The notes under the pieces: generated by a model
Seen by the model: the letters and a program-made list of their open reading frames with translations, nothing else
Database searches by the model: none
What the model was told of the DNA's origin: nothing
Part shown: positions 1-12,327 of the stretch, in pieces
Position numbering within the stretch: the stretch's first letter is position 1
How the letters are laid out: each line of letters opens with the position of its first letter
NCBI GenBank assembly: GCA_051313645.2
Contig: JBNRSN020000017.1
Span: forward strand, 83,948,001 to 84,012,000
Length of the DNA: 64,000 bases
Direction: 5' to 3'
DNA from: Centroscyllium fabricii
Taxonomy: Eukaryota
Made by a program: the position numbers and the translations under genes

Positions 1-450
1 TCAACCCATTAACAGCCTTATGTAAGGTGGAAGGGGGCAGGGAATTGAGAAAAGTGATGGGCCAAAATAAAGGAAAAAGGAAGGCTAGGTGTCAGCATGA
101 GTCTGCAGACAAGTGAGCAGCCCAACACCCAAGCCTCTGTTTGATGACTGCTAGAGTTGAGGTGGTGCTCCATGAGGTACTTTTGTGGAGGACTGACTTC
201 TATGCCATCCCATAGTACCACACCCTTAGCTCAACATTGCAGGACATTTGGATGGAGGTGCAACCAAGGTTTGGGCCGCAACTGGGGTCAAAGATCAATG
301 GATACAATGGATACAAACTCTTCTGAGAACCTATGTGCCGGCAGGTTAAAAATAAATTCACCAAATTGCCCAGAATGTTACCTGGAACAGTCAAAGCCTT
401 TTAGATGACCATCCAGCTGAAGGTCCACCCCATAAAACCCTGTAGACCAG

Positions 451-761
451 GTTTCCTAGGCAACCATGCCCACAAAATGGAGCAGGGGACCGAAATGCAA
501 GCTAAGCAGAGCCAGGCCTGGTTAGTACTTGGATGGGTAACCACCAGGGAATACCAGGTGCAGAAGGTCACGAAAGGTGCCCCGGGGAGGGGCGGTTGGC
601 TGAAGATTGTCGGAATGATGGGAAGATGGAATGGCGGCGCGCACAGACGCAGCGGCTTTGCTGGACTCTTGGGAGCTTGCAAGATCACATTTCGTTGTTC
701 ATGTACTTGTACATTGTATAATGACAATAAAGTTGAATTATTATTATTATTATTATTATTA
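451..761 (+). mobile_element. 5S rRNA-derived SINE (SINE3-like) with Rex1/Babar-type body and tail
   Basis: 499-567 (AAGCTAAGCAGAGCCAGGCCTGGTTAGTACTTGGATGGGTAACCACCAGGGAATACCAGGTGCAGAAGG) matches the 3' part of 5S rRNA including the internal control region. 630-660 resembles the 5' end of the Rex1 at ~63670. It ends in AATGACAATAAAGTTGAA(TTA)n. The 5' boundary is inferred from 5S spacing; no clear TSD. Confidence 0.7.
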
Positions 762-1149
762 TATGCGTCCTTTTAAAAAGGTAAATAAAGCTCCTGCTCG
801 TTTGAGATGGGAAGGCCCAACCGGAACCGGCTAATTCCGCTGTTCCCTTATTATGCCCCATATGTGTCCATTTTTGGGCATAATGGACAGTAAAATAGGT
901 TCCATAGAGTGATCTGCTGAGTGGATCACGTAACTCATGCGGTTTACAGCATCAAGTAAACATGCAAAGAAACATATAAAGGAATTTTGGCTTTTATCTG
1001 CGATGGATGGTGCAATGAATTCTGATGCTACAGAAGTGTTATTACATGACCATCATTAAGAAGCTGTTACTTTGTGAATTATGTGTTAGTTGTGGAGCAT
1101 AATGAAAGCACTATGTCTTCTACTGCAGGGTACATGCGAAATCCTTGTA

Positions 1150-1490
1150 ACTCCAAACGCTGCTTACGGAGGTCTATGAACATTATTAAAGACCCCACAC
1201 ACCCCAGCCACAGTCTGTTCGCCCCTCTGCCCTCCGGGAGATGCTACAGAGCAATTTGCACCCGCACGACTAGATTTCAGAACAGCTTCTTCCCCAGGGC
1301 TGTCAGCCTCCTGAACTCTAAAAAGAAACTCCGGTACCTGCACGCCTGATAATGAACTTTACTGTATGCAATTTTCATGTAATTTATTTATTTTGTTTCC
1401 ACTACTCTCGGGAGAGTCGAGTCTTCGTCTCGTTGTATTGTACTAGTACTCTGCAATGACTATAAAACTTGAATTGAATTGAATTGAATC
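1150..1490 (+). mobile_element. Rex1/Babar LINE 3' fragment
   Basis: Encodes ...IIKDPTHPSHSLFAPLPSGRCYRAICTRTTRFQNSFFPRAVSLLN, the Rex1 ORF C-terminus, followed by a (TTGAA)n tail. Confidence 0.9.
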
Positions 1491-2133
1491 TTGTGCTTGG
1501 TTCTACGTTCCAGTGCAACAAAATGACAAGGAACCATTCCCTGGCTGGTCATTTATTTAATTTCCGAGCGTGCAACTGGTTATTGACTCTATTAAGAATT
1601 CTAGTCAATTTGAAACGGAATAAAATCTTTCCAGCTTTTGCAAAGGATGGACGTTGTCAAATTACACAAAGAGAAACAAGGCAGCTGTGTGACAAACAAA
1701 GTAGACAAGGGCATTTTGAGGATGGATTTCAATGCAAACTATGGCAGGCCAAGTGTTTGATGAATGTAAAAGCTTTGTCAAACACAGATGTTGCTCATGG
1801 CATTCATCAAATCACGTCTACCTAACGGTGGTTCCCAACAATAAATGAATTCACAATTCAGAACTGGACTCTTATTGAGAGAGTTCCATCAACAATTGCC
1901 TCATTGCGTGCTGGTTCTCTCTTTTAATTCGGCCACTTTGTTCAAAATAAACCTTCGAACTGTAACGTTACTGGAGTTTCAGGAAACAGTGGCTGCATCT
2001 CAGTGATGTTTCCTCAGCATTCATTGTCCATTTTAAAATAAAATGAAAATTATTCCACCCCCCCCCCACCCCATTCATATCCACCCATTTTAAATGAGCT
2101 TTCCTCTTCCATTTTTGGTCTCTCGTGTCCCGT

Positions 2134-2521
2134 GGGCTGACACGGCGGCGCAGTGGTTAGCACTGCTGCCTCGCAATAAGGAGCTCCTGGGTTCGAATCC
2201 TGCTTGGCCCGGGACCTCTCTGCGTGGAGTTTGCATGTTCTCCCCGTGTTCGTGTGGGTTTCCTCCGGGTACTCCGGTTTCCTCCCACCACCCAAAGACA
2301 TGTAGGTTAAGTGAATTGGATATACTAAAAATTGCCCATGAGTATGTGTGTGCAAGATATAGTTCTTAGAGTTGGTGGTGTCGGGGGGATATGGGGAGAA
2401 GGTAGGAAGGGGGTGCTGGGTTTGGATGATCAGCCATGATCTCATCAAAAATGGCGGAGCAGGCTCGAAGGGCCGAATGGCCTACTCCTGCTCCTATCTT
2501 CTGCGTTTCTGTGTTTCTGTG
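2134..2521 (+). mobile_element. tRNA-derived V-SINE (HE1-like) with CR1-type tail
   Basis: tRNA-like A/B boxes (GGCGCAGTGG, GGTTCGAATCC), V-domain (GTGGAGTTTGCATGTTCTCCCCGTG...GGTTTCCTCCCAC) and CR1 3' tail (GAAGGGCCGAATGGCCTACTCCTGCTCC). Confidence 0.9.
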
Positions 2522-3003
2522 TCCCATGAGGGTAGAGGAGGAATGATTCCAGCTTATGCTGCTCTTGAGCTGGTTTCTAAGGGTTTTCATTTACCGTTAG
2601 TGCACTTATAGTGTATTCAATCAGAATCGATTCTTTTTCTGCTTTTTCTTTGCACAGGTTTACTTGTTATGCATTCTTGGAGCTGGGATAAATTGCAACT
2701 AATGGAGCACTGAGCAAACTAAACAGCAGCATTAATGGTTGTGAACCAATCATTAACCTCCTCTAGCATCGTCATCATCAACGACGACTATCATCGCAGT
2801 TCCATTTGACCTTTCTCCACAGCTATTTATTCAGTCGGACTGCCCATCGTTGAGCTGTTACCTATTGTGGTGTTGTAGCATCAATGTACAACGTCAGGCC
2901 ATGAAGGGAGATGACTTCAAATCGTCCACATTTTTGAGCTCTCAATCTCTGCTATACTGCTGAGGGACTACGCCAAGCGAAGGCCAAGCACTAGGATAGA
3001 AAG

Positions 3004-4448
3004 TGTAGCCACACTCCCCAAGGTCAGATTCACACTCCCCGAGCACGGTTAGAGTCACACTCCCCGAGCACGGTTAGAGTCACACTCCCCATGGTTCGAG
3101 TCACACTCCCGAGCACGGTTAGAGTCACACTCCCCATGGTTAGAGTCACACTCCCCATGGTCAGAGTCACACTCCCCGAGCACGGTTAGAGTCACACTCC
3201 CCGAGCACGGTTAGAGTCACACACCCCGAGCACGGTTAGAGTCACACTCCCCGAGCACGGTTAGAGTCACACTCCCCGAGCACGGTTAGAGTCACACTCC
3301 CCGAGCACGGTTAGAGTCACACTCCCCGAGCACGGTTAGAGTCACACTCCCCGAGCACGGTTAGAATCACACTCCCCGAGCACGGTTAGAGTCACACTCC
3401 CCATGGTTTGAGTCACACTCCCCAAGTACGGTTAGAGCCACACTACCCGAGCACGGTTAGAGTCACACTCGCCACGGTTAGAGTCACACTCCCCAAGCAC
3501 GATTACAGTCACACTCCCCGAGCACGGTTAGAGTCACACTCGCCATGGTTAGAGTCACACTCCCCAAGCACGATTAGAGTCACACTCCCCGAGCACGGTT
3601 AGAGTCACACTCCCCGAGCACGGTTAGAGTCACACTCCCCGAGCACGGTTAGAGTCACACTCCCCGAGCATGGTTAGAGTCACACTCCCCGAGCACGGTT
3701 AGAGTCACACTCCCCGAGCACGGTTAGAGTCACACTCCCCGAGCACCATTCGAGTCACACTCCCCGAGCACGGTTAGAGTCACACTCCCCGAGCACGGTT
3801 AGAGTCACACTCCCTGAGCACAGTTAGAGTCACACTCCCTGAGCACAGTTAGAGTCACACTCCCCGAGCACGGTTAGTGTCTCACTCCCCATGGTGAGAG
3901 TCACACTCCCCGAGCACGGTTAGAGTCACACTCCCCGAGCACCGTTCGAGTCACACTCCCCGAGCAAGGTTAGAGTCACACTCCCCGAGCACGGTTAGAG
4001 TCACACTCCCCGAGCACGGTTAGAGTCACACGCCCCGAGCACGGTTAGAGTCACATGCCCCGAGCACGGTTAGAGTCACACTCCCCAAGTGCAGTTAGAA
4101 TCACACTCCCCATGGTTTGAGTCACACTCCCCAAGCACGATTAGAGTCACACTCCCCGAGCATGGTTAGAGTCACACTCCCTAAGCATGGTTAGAGTCAC
4201 ACTCCCCAAGCATGGTTAGAGTCACACTCCCCATGGTTTGAGTCACAATCCCCAAGCACGGTTAGAGTCACACTCCCTAAGCATGGTTAGAGTCACACTC
4301 CCCGAGCATGGTTAGAATCACACTCCCCATGGTTAGAGTCACACTCCCCAAGCATGGTTAGAGTCACACTCCCCATGGTTAGATTCACACTCCCCATGGT
4401 TAGCGTCACACTCCCCTTGGTTGGAGCCACACTCCCCAAGCATGGTTG
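3004..4448. repeat. Minisatellite, 25-bp unit GCACGGTTAGAGTCACACTCCCCGA with a 21-bp variant ATGGTTAGAGTCACACTCCCC
   Basis: About 60 head-to-tail copies with no unique spacers. Confidence 0.97.
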
Positions 4449-5051
4449 GCGCATGTTACTTGCAGGCCAGCACGGTGCACCTTTGACAGAGCCCTGGCAG
4501 CAAGTCAGCTTCCCATGCTCCAGAAAACAGGTGGAAAACCTGTCTCTGGTGGAGATCAGGTTTACTAGGGATGGGCAATAAATGCCAGCCTTCCCAGCGA
4601 CGTCAATACCCCTAGAATGAAAAAAAAATCTGATGGACTTGTGAGTAATAAAAACAGAATCAATGGTCTTGTCCCATCACACGGACTATTTTCTGTCTCC
4701 TTGGTTCTATGGGAAAACTTCCTGTTCTTGTGTTTGATCCCATACAATTGGCTAGATTTGAAACTTTGAACCTTCGTTTAAAATGCGTTACAAAACTACT
4801 TTAAATCCTTGACCAAGTCTACAGTAATCACCATACAAAGCATAGCTTGATTGCACAGAATTCCTAAGACTTGCATTGTGAAAAAACTAGTACCATAAAA
4901 ACATCAGCCTTTGGGTGTTTATGTGGAATAATTATTAGCAATCTAAACCCACTTGAAACTTGCAGCCTTTATCCTCCCAATATTAAAAACAACTCACTTC
5001 AATATTATTGGTAGTATTAAACAGCCATAAATGCTCACTGCTGTAGCACGT

Positions 5052-5238
5052 GGGGTCATTTTCTGATTTGACATTTCTATTGGGGCACCTCATGCACCAG
5101 GGAATACATTTCAGACCCTCCTTGCACGTGACTTTCTTATCGGTTAATACATTGCATGCGACACATGTAGAAATTTCCAATATGTGCTTCTGGTAGTTGA
5201 GGCTACTCTCCAGGAGAATGAGGTTCAAAAATTACCCC
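5052..5238. mobile_element. Old MITE, probably Harbinger-type
   Basis: Imperfect terminal inverted repeats GGGGTCATTTT ... AAAATTACCCC, similar to other MITE ends in the window. Confidence 0.5.
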
Positions 5239-5355
5239 TATGAACCAGATATAAAGTTCTTTCAGCCTATAACAAATCATGAATGGAAAAAGCCCGTTTT
5301 GAACCCCGTCTTTCTGTCCTAACTGTTGTCACAACTTTCTTTTTTAATTTGTTCC

Positions 5356-5668
5356 TGACGTATCGTCAATAGTCTTAATAAAACCAAAGACGAGTAGTTA
5401 CCTTAACTAGAGGCTTTTATTAGCTTACAAAGGAGCTACGCTCCGATCGAACATCAGGTACAGAATGAATAGGGGGAAGGTCAGTCCCCACCTATAAGGC
5501 ACTCACCTGAGGGGAGGAGTTAGAGGTGTGGCTGACCTGACCCCGCGACAGTGTCGCAATACAAGGCAGTGTATTACAGTATATTATGTACCCGGCCGCT
5601 ATACATGCAATGCAATATTGGCAACAATATTGAGGTGGTAAAAGAGTACATATATAACGGTTACCACA
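5356..5668 (-). mobile_element. Solo LTR of a Ty3/Gypsy family related to the intact element at 42442-47122
   Basis: TG...CA termini, perfect 5-bp TSD GTTCC (5351-5355 and 5669-5673), and motifs GGCTTTTATTA and GGGGAGGAGT in the same order as in the 42442 LTR. Confidence 0.85.
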
Positions 5669-5799
5669 GTTCCACTGGTCGCCTAACATTGCTAAGTCAC
5701 ACCGTGGGCGGTTCCATGGACAACAACCACCATCCACCATCTTACCTTATTCGCATGGGCAATGCAGCTTTGGATTGTCAGTAGTTCAATTCCCCATGA

Positions 5800-6050
5800 G
5801 AGGCATCATGGCCAGACTGGATTCTGCCCTCACTTGGCACCCACACACATTAATAGCAGTCACTGGATAGCAATCAGGAGCAGCAACCTTCATTTTTTGT
5901 TTTTTACCCTTTCCTAACCCATGGGTCAATTATGATATCCCTTCTGCCTCCCAGTTGAGAGCAGTGAATGCAGCACAAGTTAGGGTCTGAACTTGGGACT
6001 GCTATGTTTTGCTCCACACTAGACAATGCATTTACCAACTAAGCTATCGA
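5800..6050 (-). mobile_element. Degenerate tRNA-derived SINE (LF-SINE-like)
   Basis: Minus-strand head GATAGCTTAGTTGGTAAATGCA...CCCAAGTTCAGACCC resembles tRNA A/B boxes. Family assignment is from memory. Confidence 0.45.
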
Positions 6051-7221
6051 GACAGCCAATGTTTCCTCTTATAGCTGAGGAAGGTGGAAGAGCATGGGCA
6101 ATAGACTCTTCCATGATTGTATGGGACAGGACAGGTCTTGGGTATTTGTTTCTGAGATGAAGCACCAAAAGGATGCCTAGTTACATTTTGTTGAGATATT
6201 TGCTAAGTGAATAGGACTTGCTACTGTGATGGTCTTCTTTCCTCTATTTTAACCGAGGCATTAACCCATTTAAAATGAACTGAATTAGCAAATAAATATC
6301 AAATGAATGTTAAGCATTCATCCAATCTTATCACCAATGGTTTTGAGCCTTCAGGGACAATTCACAATCAACCCTAGTGTTTGAGACAGTATGAAGTAAG
6401 AACATGTGAAATTAAGATAAGCTCATCGCAGTTTGCAAGTAAATACTATTGGAAGCTTTTCAAGTCCAGGGAAAATAATCCAGAAACCTGGACTTGGAGG
6501 ACATCCATCTAGTGATCCAGACCATCTCTAATGGCCCTACAGGGAACTTCTGAAACTCAACCCATGAAGGCAGACAGATTTGAACGACATTTCAAGTTGG
6601 GATGCAGACCCAAAACCCTCCAAGATGGAAGTCTTACCAGTTTAATTTGGATTTACTCAGCTACCTGTGCAAACTCTTTCTAAGGTCATAAATTACATAT
6701 AGTAATTACAGTAGAGGTTGAGGTAAATAATGGCCCTGTTGCCCAAACAACCAAAAAACACAACTCTCAACGAGAAAGCCATGAAGTTTAAGTCCTGGAT
6801 TTCCAATTAATCAAATTTACTTTACTCGATCTAATGAGTTTGCTTCTACCATTGGATAAAGTGCAGGCGGCAGTGAGACATTTAATTCCTGAAAGAAGAA
6901 AAACATTGGATGGACCTGATTTGCCTGGCTCAGAGTATGTCTCTGATTGTGGAAATTTTGTGGTCCGAAGTATGCCAGGTTGTATATTTCTGGAGAGGTG
7001 CGGTGGTTGTGTGGTGAGGAATGACCCACAAGGAAGAAATGTCAGGGCAACCGGGAGAAAAATCAATAGTTGAAATTAAAGGCCTTTTCTTGTATTCAGA
7101 CGCACCGTGCCACCAGATATTTGTACCATCAAAATGTTTGAACAACTTTGTACCATGGAGATGCACATGGCACTCATCCAAAATAACGGCTTTTGTTCTT
7201 TCTAGACCAGATAAGGTACTA

Positions 7222-7556
7222 CAGGTCCGGTACCATTAATCCGGACACTGGTAATCCGCTAACTTCAGTCGTCCGGAACAAATCCGGCCGACTGGTCTGC
7301 GCATGTGCGAAATGGCCGCGCTTGATGCTTCGGCGAGTACATGCGCAGATTATTTTAAATGGCCGCCGGCCTTCGTGGTGGCCATTTTGAATGGTCCCGA
7401 ACGATTGATGCTTCGGCGAGCGCATACGCATGTGCAGACCATTCAAAATGGCCGCCAGCCTTCGCATGCTCTCGCCGAAGCTTCAATCGTTCGGAGTTTT
7501 CACTTGTCCGGCACCGGCCTGGTCCCGAGGGTGCCGGATTAACGGTGCTCAACCTG
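7222..7556. mobile_element. Tc1/mariner (Tigger-like) MITE
   Basis: TA|CAGGTCCGGTACCATTAATCCGG ... CCGGATTAACGGTGCTCAACCTG; same family as the copies at 17085, 26433 and 29656. Confidence 0.8.
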
Positions 7557-7764
7557 CACACAGAAGAGGAAGGCATTCCATCTTTCTTTTGGTGGGAAGG
7601 CGGGAGTGGCATTGCCTCCTCATCCCTGCTAGAACTTTGCTTCCTACCAGTTAATGGGTGGTAATGGAGAAGCCCAATGCTAAGACCATGCCACTCTCCT
7701 AACTGGAAGAGCATGCTTGGTGAGCAGCACCCCAGGAGATATTGGGGAAAGCAACATCAAACAA

Positions 7765-8025
7765 AACATCAGAAAACGCTGGAAAAGCTCAGCAGGCCAG
7801 GCAGCATCAATGGAGAGAGAAACAGAGTTAACGTTTCAGGTCGATGACCTTTTGTCAGAACTGGAGAAACCAGGAGAGGGGATAGGTTTTAAAGCAAGGA
7901 CGAAAGGTCATCGACCTGAAACGTTAACTCTGTTTCTCTCTCCACCAATGCTGCCTGGCCTGCTGAGTTTTTCCAGCGTTTTCTGTTGTTATTTCGGATT
8001 TCCAGCATCCGCAGTATTTTGCTAT
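7765..8025. mobile_element. Penelope-like element terminal fragments in inverted orientation
   Basis: 7765-7862 and 7899-7990 are inverted copies of a repeat containing a degenerate hammerhead core (AGGTCATCGACCTGAAACGTTAACT). Confidence 0.75.
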
Positions 8026-8208
8026 CAAACAAAACATACCATGCTTGAAGAATTTGCACAGATTCGTGTTCTTGTGCCTATGTTAAAACAGCAGAAAGGC
8101 GTTCACCTCAACAGAAGCTTTCCCCCAACAGTGCAAAGGGTTAAAATGTTTAAACAGAATACTTTTAATACTTTTAAATAAATCTTACTATCAAGTTGAG
8201 TTGCTCAC

Positions 8209-8302
8209 CAGTTTTAGCACTGGCCTGGGTTAGGTTTTGCAAACACTGATCTTTATATAAGGACCAGTTGCTGATCGTGTCCTCCAGCATCGAGCCACTG
8301 AC
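8209..8302 (-). CDS. GLP2R: Glucagon-like peptide 2 receptor, coding exon 2 (start of extracellular domain)
   Basis: Acceptor TTATTCTGCAG, donor G|GTGAGC, 94 bp, phase 0 to phase 1. Encodes VSGSMLEDTISNWSLYKDQCLQNLTQASAKT(G), which matches my recollection of human GLP2R VTGSLLEETTRKWAQYKQACLRDL and the W..Y...C motif of the glucagon-receptor family. Confidence 0.88.
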
Positions 8303-10659
8303 CTGCAGAATAAACAGGATGGAACATGTAAACAAGTCCCTGTAAGAAAGTTAAACAAGCAAAATTCTTTACGGATTACCAAAGGAGAAGATTACCGCTG
8401 TGAGGTTGTTTTGTGTGGAAATCAATAGTCAATTCCAACTGAAGTGAATATCTAAACATTATTCCTTGGTTTATCTCCCCTTCTAGTCATCAACCCTTGC
8501 GGTGTCATGCACTATATATTTGGCCCTTATCTAAGTTTCACAAAAAAATGTAGCAGTTATGTTAAAGGAATGAAACAGCAAAATAAAAAACACAAAAACT
8601 TTAGTATCAAGGCCCTGCTTGAACAATCTGCTTACCAAAATTAAGGTCAGTTGATTTTATTGATTTATTAACTAGCTAGAAATATCATTTTGGATTCCCA
8701 AGCTACTAGCGTGCATCTAGTGTGGTACCAGTAACCTAGGTTTTTTTAAAATATTTTTCTCGGCAATTGTTAAGGGCAAAAGTTTAGATGATTCCATCGG
8801 TTCAAAAGTTAGGCTATACTGAAGGCTTGTAAAAGGAAAAAATGAAAACAAATTCTTGCATGCACGCATATGAAATTCATTGCAGAACTCTGAGCCATCA
8901 CACCTCACTGTTAAACTGATTTGTTTGTTATTAATGTCTAATTACAAACCTTAACCAGCACCACGAGTAATCGAAGACGTCAAATTCCATTTTTATTACA
9001 TGGGGTTCCACAAATGTTACCAATGTTTTGTTGCTCACATTCTACGAACCTGTCTGTTTTTCCAGGTAGATGGAAAAATCAGAGGCCTCAGCTATAATAT
9101 ACAAAAGGGGTTTCCATTCTCTCTAATCAGGTTCACTGGTTTTTGGTGATTGAATTCTGTTTTTAGGGAGATCCGAATTTTTATTTGTGTTTTGGGGATT
9201 GCATTTCATCGTTGTTTTTGTAAAAAACAAAATCCACTAAATTAAACAGTTATGATTAACATTTCACCTTTGAGCTTTCCAGCATTAGTGACCTTACTGA
9301 TTGAATTTTTATTGCCAACACAGCTCTTCAGGTCATACAGGCATGCAGGGCCGGAGTGGTTGGGCCAAATGGTTGCCATGTTGTCAGTTCCGCATAAAAA
9401 TTCCCTTCACAGTGTCCAGAAGAGGCCAGACGAATGGCAGACATTCTACACATGTCACTTCAATGTTAGGCCGACAGGGACGTGAACCTGCAGACCCTAG
9501 CTAAGCAGTCGGTCGGTGCTGTGCCTTAAGGTGGAGAGGGCTGTGAGATAGAACGCCAACACTCCCAGATTGCCTTCAGAACTTCAACGACCATCCTGCC
9601 TTGGCTTGCTGTTGGAGCATGAACTGAGGGACGAGAGGCTGGTGGCCAGAGCTACAAAACTGCACATACTTTGTCCAGCCTCCTGGCGTTGGATAGCTGA
9701 GGCTGCAGCACCATTCAGCTGCATCCAGGCTGACTGTACATGCACATGGGAAGAGGGCTAAAAAGCATGCCCGTAAACACTGCCAATCTCTTGCCAGCTA
9801 ATCAGTTTACCACCACCCTTTAAACTATTGTATTGACAGTTCAGTCACGATTTTCTTGCATTCAGCAAAATTTGATATCAGGAATATTATGTTGCATATT
9901 TCAATGAAATAAAAATACATAGGTAGTACCAGCAGCAGATCATGACAGGTAGCACACTGACTTACAAGCAAGGTTCACAACACGGCTGATATTTTCTTAA
10001 TTTATGTTGCATTTTAGTTAATTTTAGTGCAAATCTTGTCAAAGATAAACCTAGATAAATACAAGAACAAGAATGAGTCGTAGTGGGCAAACAATGGTTG
10101 ATATTTTTTTATACTTAAATTATACTGGCTGCCAGTGAAATCATTGATCTTTTAGCTCCAAATAATAAGGAAGCCTTAAGTACTTCTACTTCTCAGCACA
10201 ATGCTGTTCACGCATCTCCCGGGCTTGAGTCAATGCTATCAGGTATAAACCAACTGTTAGGGTGATGATGAGGTGTGACACTACCATTTTGTTTACTCTC
10301 CTTTTGGTCGAATGTCTCGATGCATCCTGTTAATGTCAGGATGTCCAATTCACTCTCTGTGGGGTAGGGGGCAGGGACAACTGAACAAGCACCGTTGACC
10401 TTGTTTGAGGAGCTTTCTGGCAAGGTTAGGTCCTGAAACAGTTCTGAGATATCTATTCGCTGTGATTATCTGCACGAACACCTTTGCGGCCTTCTGCGCA
10501 TGCGTGCGGTATCTCGGAGCAGCATATGCGCACCTGATCCCCTTCTGCGCATGTGCGCTGTTTACTGAAGCCGCGCATGCGTAGTGCCCAACTGTTGCTG
10601 CCTGCACCACGGGCCACGCTTTCCTTGGCTCCGTAAGGAGAAGTTCACTGGATCCATTG

Positions 10660-11420
10660 GTGGCCGGGGTGGGTGAGAGAGAGGATCGAAAGGGGAGAGA
10701 GAGAGGGAGATCGGAGGCAGGGGGCGGGGGTGGATAAGAGAGGGGGGATCGGAGGGGGGAGAGAGAGAGGACAGGGAGAGAAAGAGGGGCGAAAGAGAGG
10801 GGGAGAGGAGATTGAAGGGGGAAGAGTTAGGATCAAAAGGGGAGGGGAGAGGTCAGGAACTCAGGGGGAGAGAAGGTCAGGTTTTCGGGGGGTGGAGTAA
10901 AGAGCACAGAGAGCACAGTGGGGATGGGGGAAGAACGTGATCCAGATCTAAAGGGAGGGGGATGATGAGAGCGAGAACATGATCCAGATATTAAGATGGA
11001 TCATGTTCTTCCAACCCCACCCTCACCCCTTTACACCCACACCATGTTCTCCCCCTCCTCCAACTATATCGGCTTGATTTCTCGGAAAGCTCGATACGTG
11101 TGCGGCAAGTGATGTCATTAAACTGGACAGAATCCGGAAGTCATGACACTGTCACTATTCACTTCATACCCAATAAATCTGTTAACAATCTGTGACTCAC
11201 ACACAATGCCTCATCTATGGGGGGGGAAGGTCAGGAACTCGGCGGGGGGTGGGGGGGGGGGGCGGTGGGAGGGTGTGGAAGAAGGTCAGGAACTTGGATA
11301 GTGGGAAAAGGTCAGGAACTCGGGGTGGGGGAGGAGGTCAGGAACTTGGGCTGGGGAGGTCAGGAACTCGGGGGGTGGGAGGAAGGTTAGGAACTTGTTA
11401 GGGAGGCAGAAGTTTTTTTG
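10660..11420. repeat. G/GA-rich low-complexity tract with recurring AGGTCAGGAACT motif
   Basis: Purine runs at 10660-10970 and 11215-11410, with about 8 copies of (A)AGGTCAGG(AACT). Confidence 0.8.
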
Positions 11421-12327
11421 GGACTGGGAGAAGGTCTTAATATGCATGGGTGAGCCTTGTCTGTTCTATGTGAGCTCTGTTCTGTCTGGAGCCTGGCAGT
11501 CAGAATGGCTCGAATTGCACTTTGCAAAGTGCTTGATTACTTCGGCAGGCAGGATCTAATTATACATTCCAAATAAACTGCTGGCTGTGTCTTTTCCTCC
11601 AAGGGGACCAATCAGAAATCAGGTCTTGTCCTCCAACAATCAGAAATCTGGTGTTGGAAATATATGCGACCATATCTATTTCCACAGTTGCCATATTGAT
11701 CACTGTGATGCACCAGCCAAGGTGATAGCCGAGGGGTGTGGATAGTACAATATACATTGTGCAGTCATGTTAATTCTTCAGCTTTGTTTTTTACATTATA
11801 TTTTTAGTGCAGGCCGATCATATTACTGCTCCTCTTTATGAATGCCTGGGACAATGGGCACTTGTCACTTTACTGGGACCATTATGTCCCTTTAAATGGA
11901 ATTGCATCTGGTACTTACCGAATCATGGTTACTGCATGCTGATGTACAAAGCGTAATGTGTAACAACCAGTGTGAGTTCAGGGTTCTGACTGATATTCAG
12001 CAGACTTAACTCTGATCGAAGAACTATGCACAGCCCATTTGGTTATTGTAAATAAACGCCAGAGGTCCTGTCGGCTCCCTGCACAGTTAATCTGACTGAC
12101 TTCACAGAGAACAGAATTTAATGGATAACAAACCATAACTTTACACGTTGTGCCTCAGCTATTTTTACATTGCTGACTGGCACCTTACTGTAGCAAACAG
12201 TGCCGCTCAATAAAATTCAGCAGGTGGCTGCTGCTAGTCATTTCTTAGTGCAGCTTACACTCCTTGGGTGACAGTGGTATTCCGTAATAACAAACCACTC
12301 CACCTGTCCACTTTCTTCAAACTGTAT

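Noticed and set aside
499-567. Functional 5S rRNA gene
   Set aside because: The first ~48 nt are not 5S-like, there is no oligo-T terminator after the 3' end, and it runs into LINE-derived sequence.
3004-4448. CRISPR-like array
   Set aside because: Units are directly adjacent with no unique spacers, there are no cas genes, and the context is vertebrate.
1-8200. GLP2R exon 3 (C-N-x-T-F-D...C-W-P motif)
   Set aside because: No matching minus-strand exon seen; the CWP at ~4465 lacks the other motif residues. It probably lies left of the window.
11913-12040. Strong minus-strand donor (CG|GTAAGT) as GLP2R first exon
   Set aside because: The phase-0 frame has an upstream stop and no ATG; the exon at 25647-25769 fits far better.
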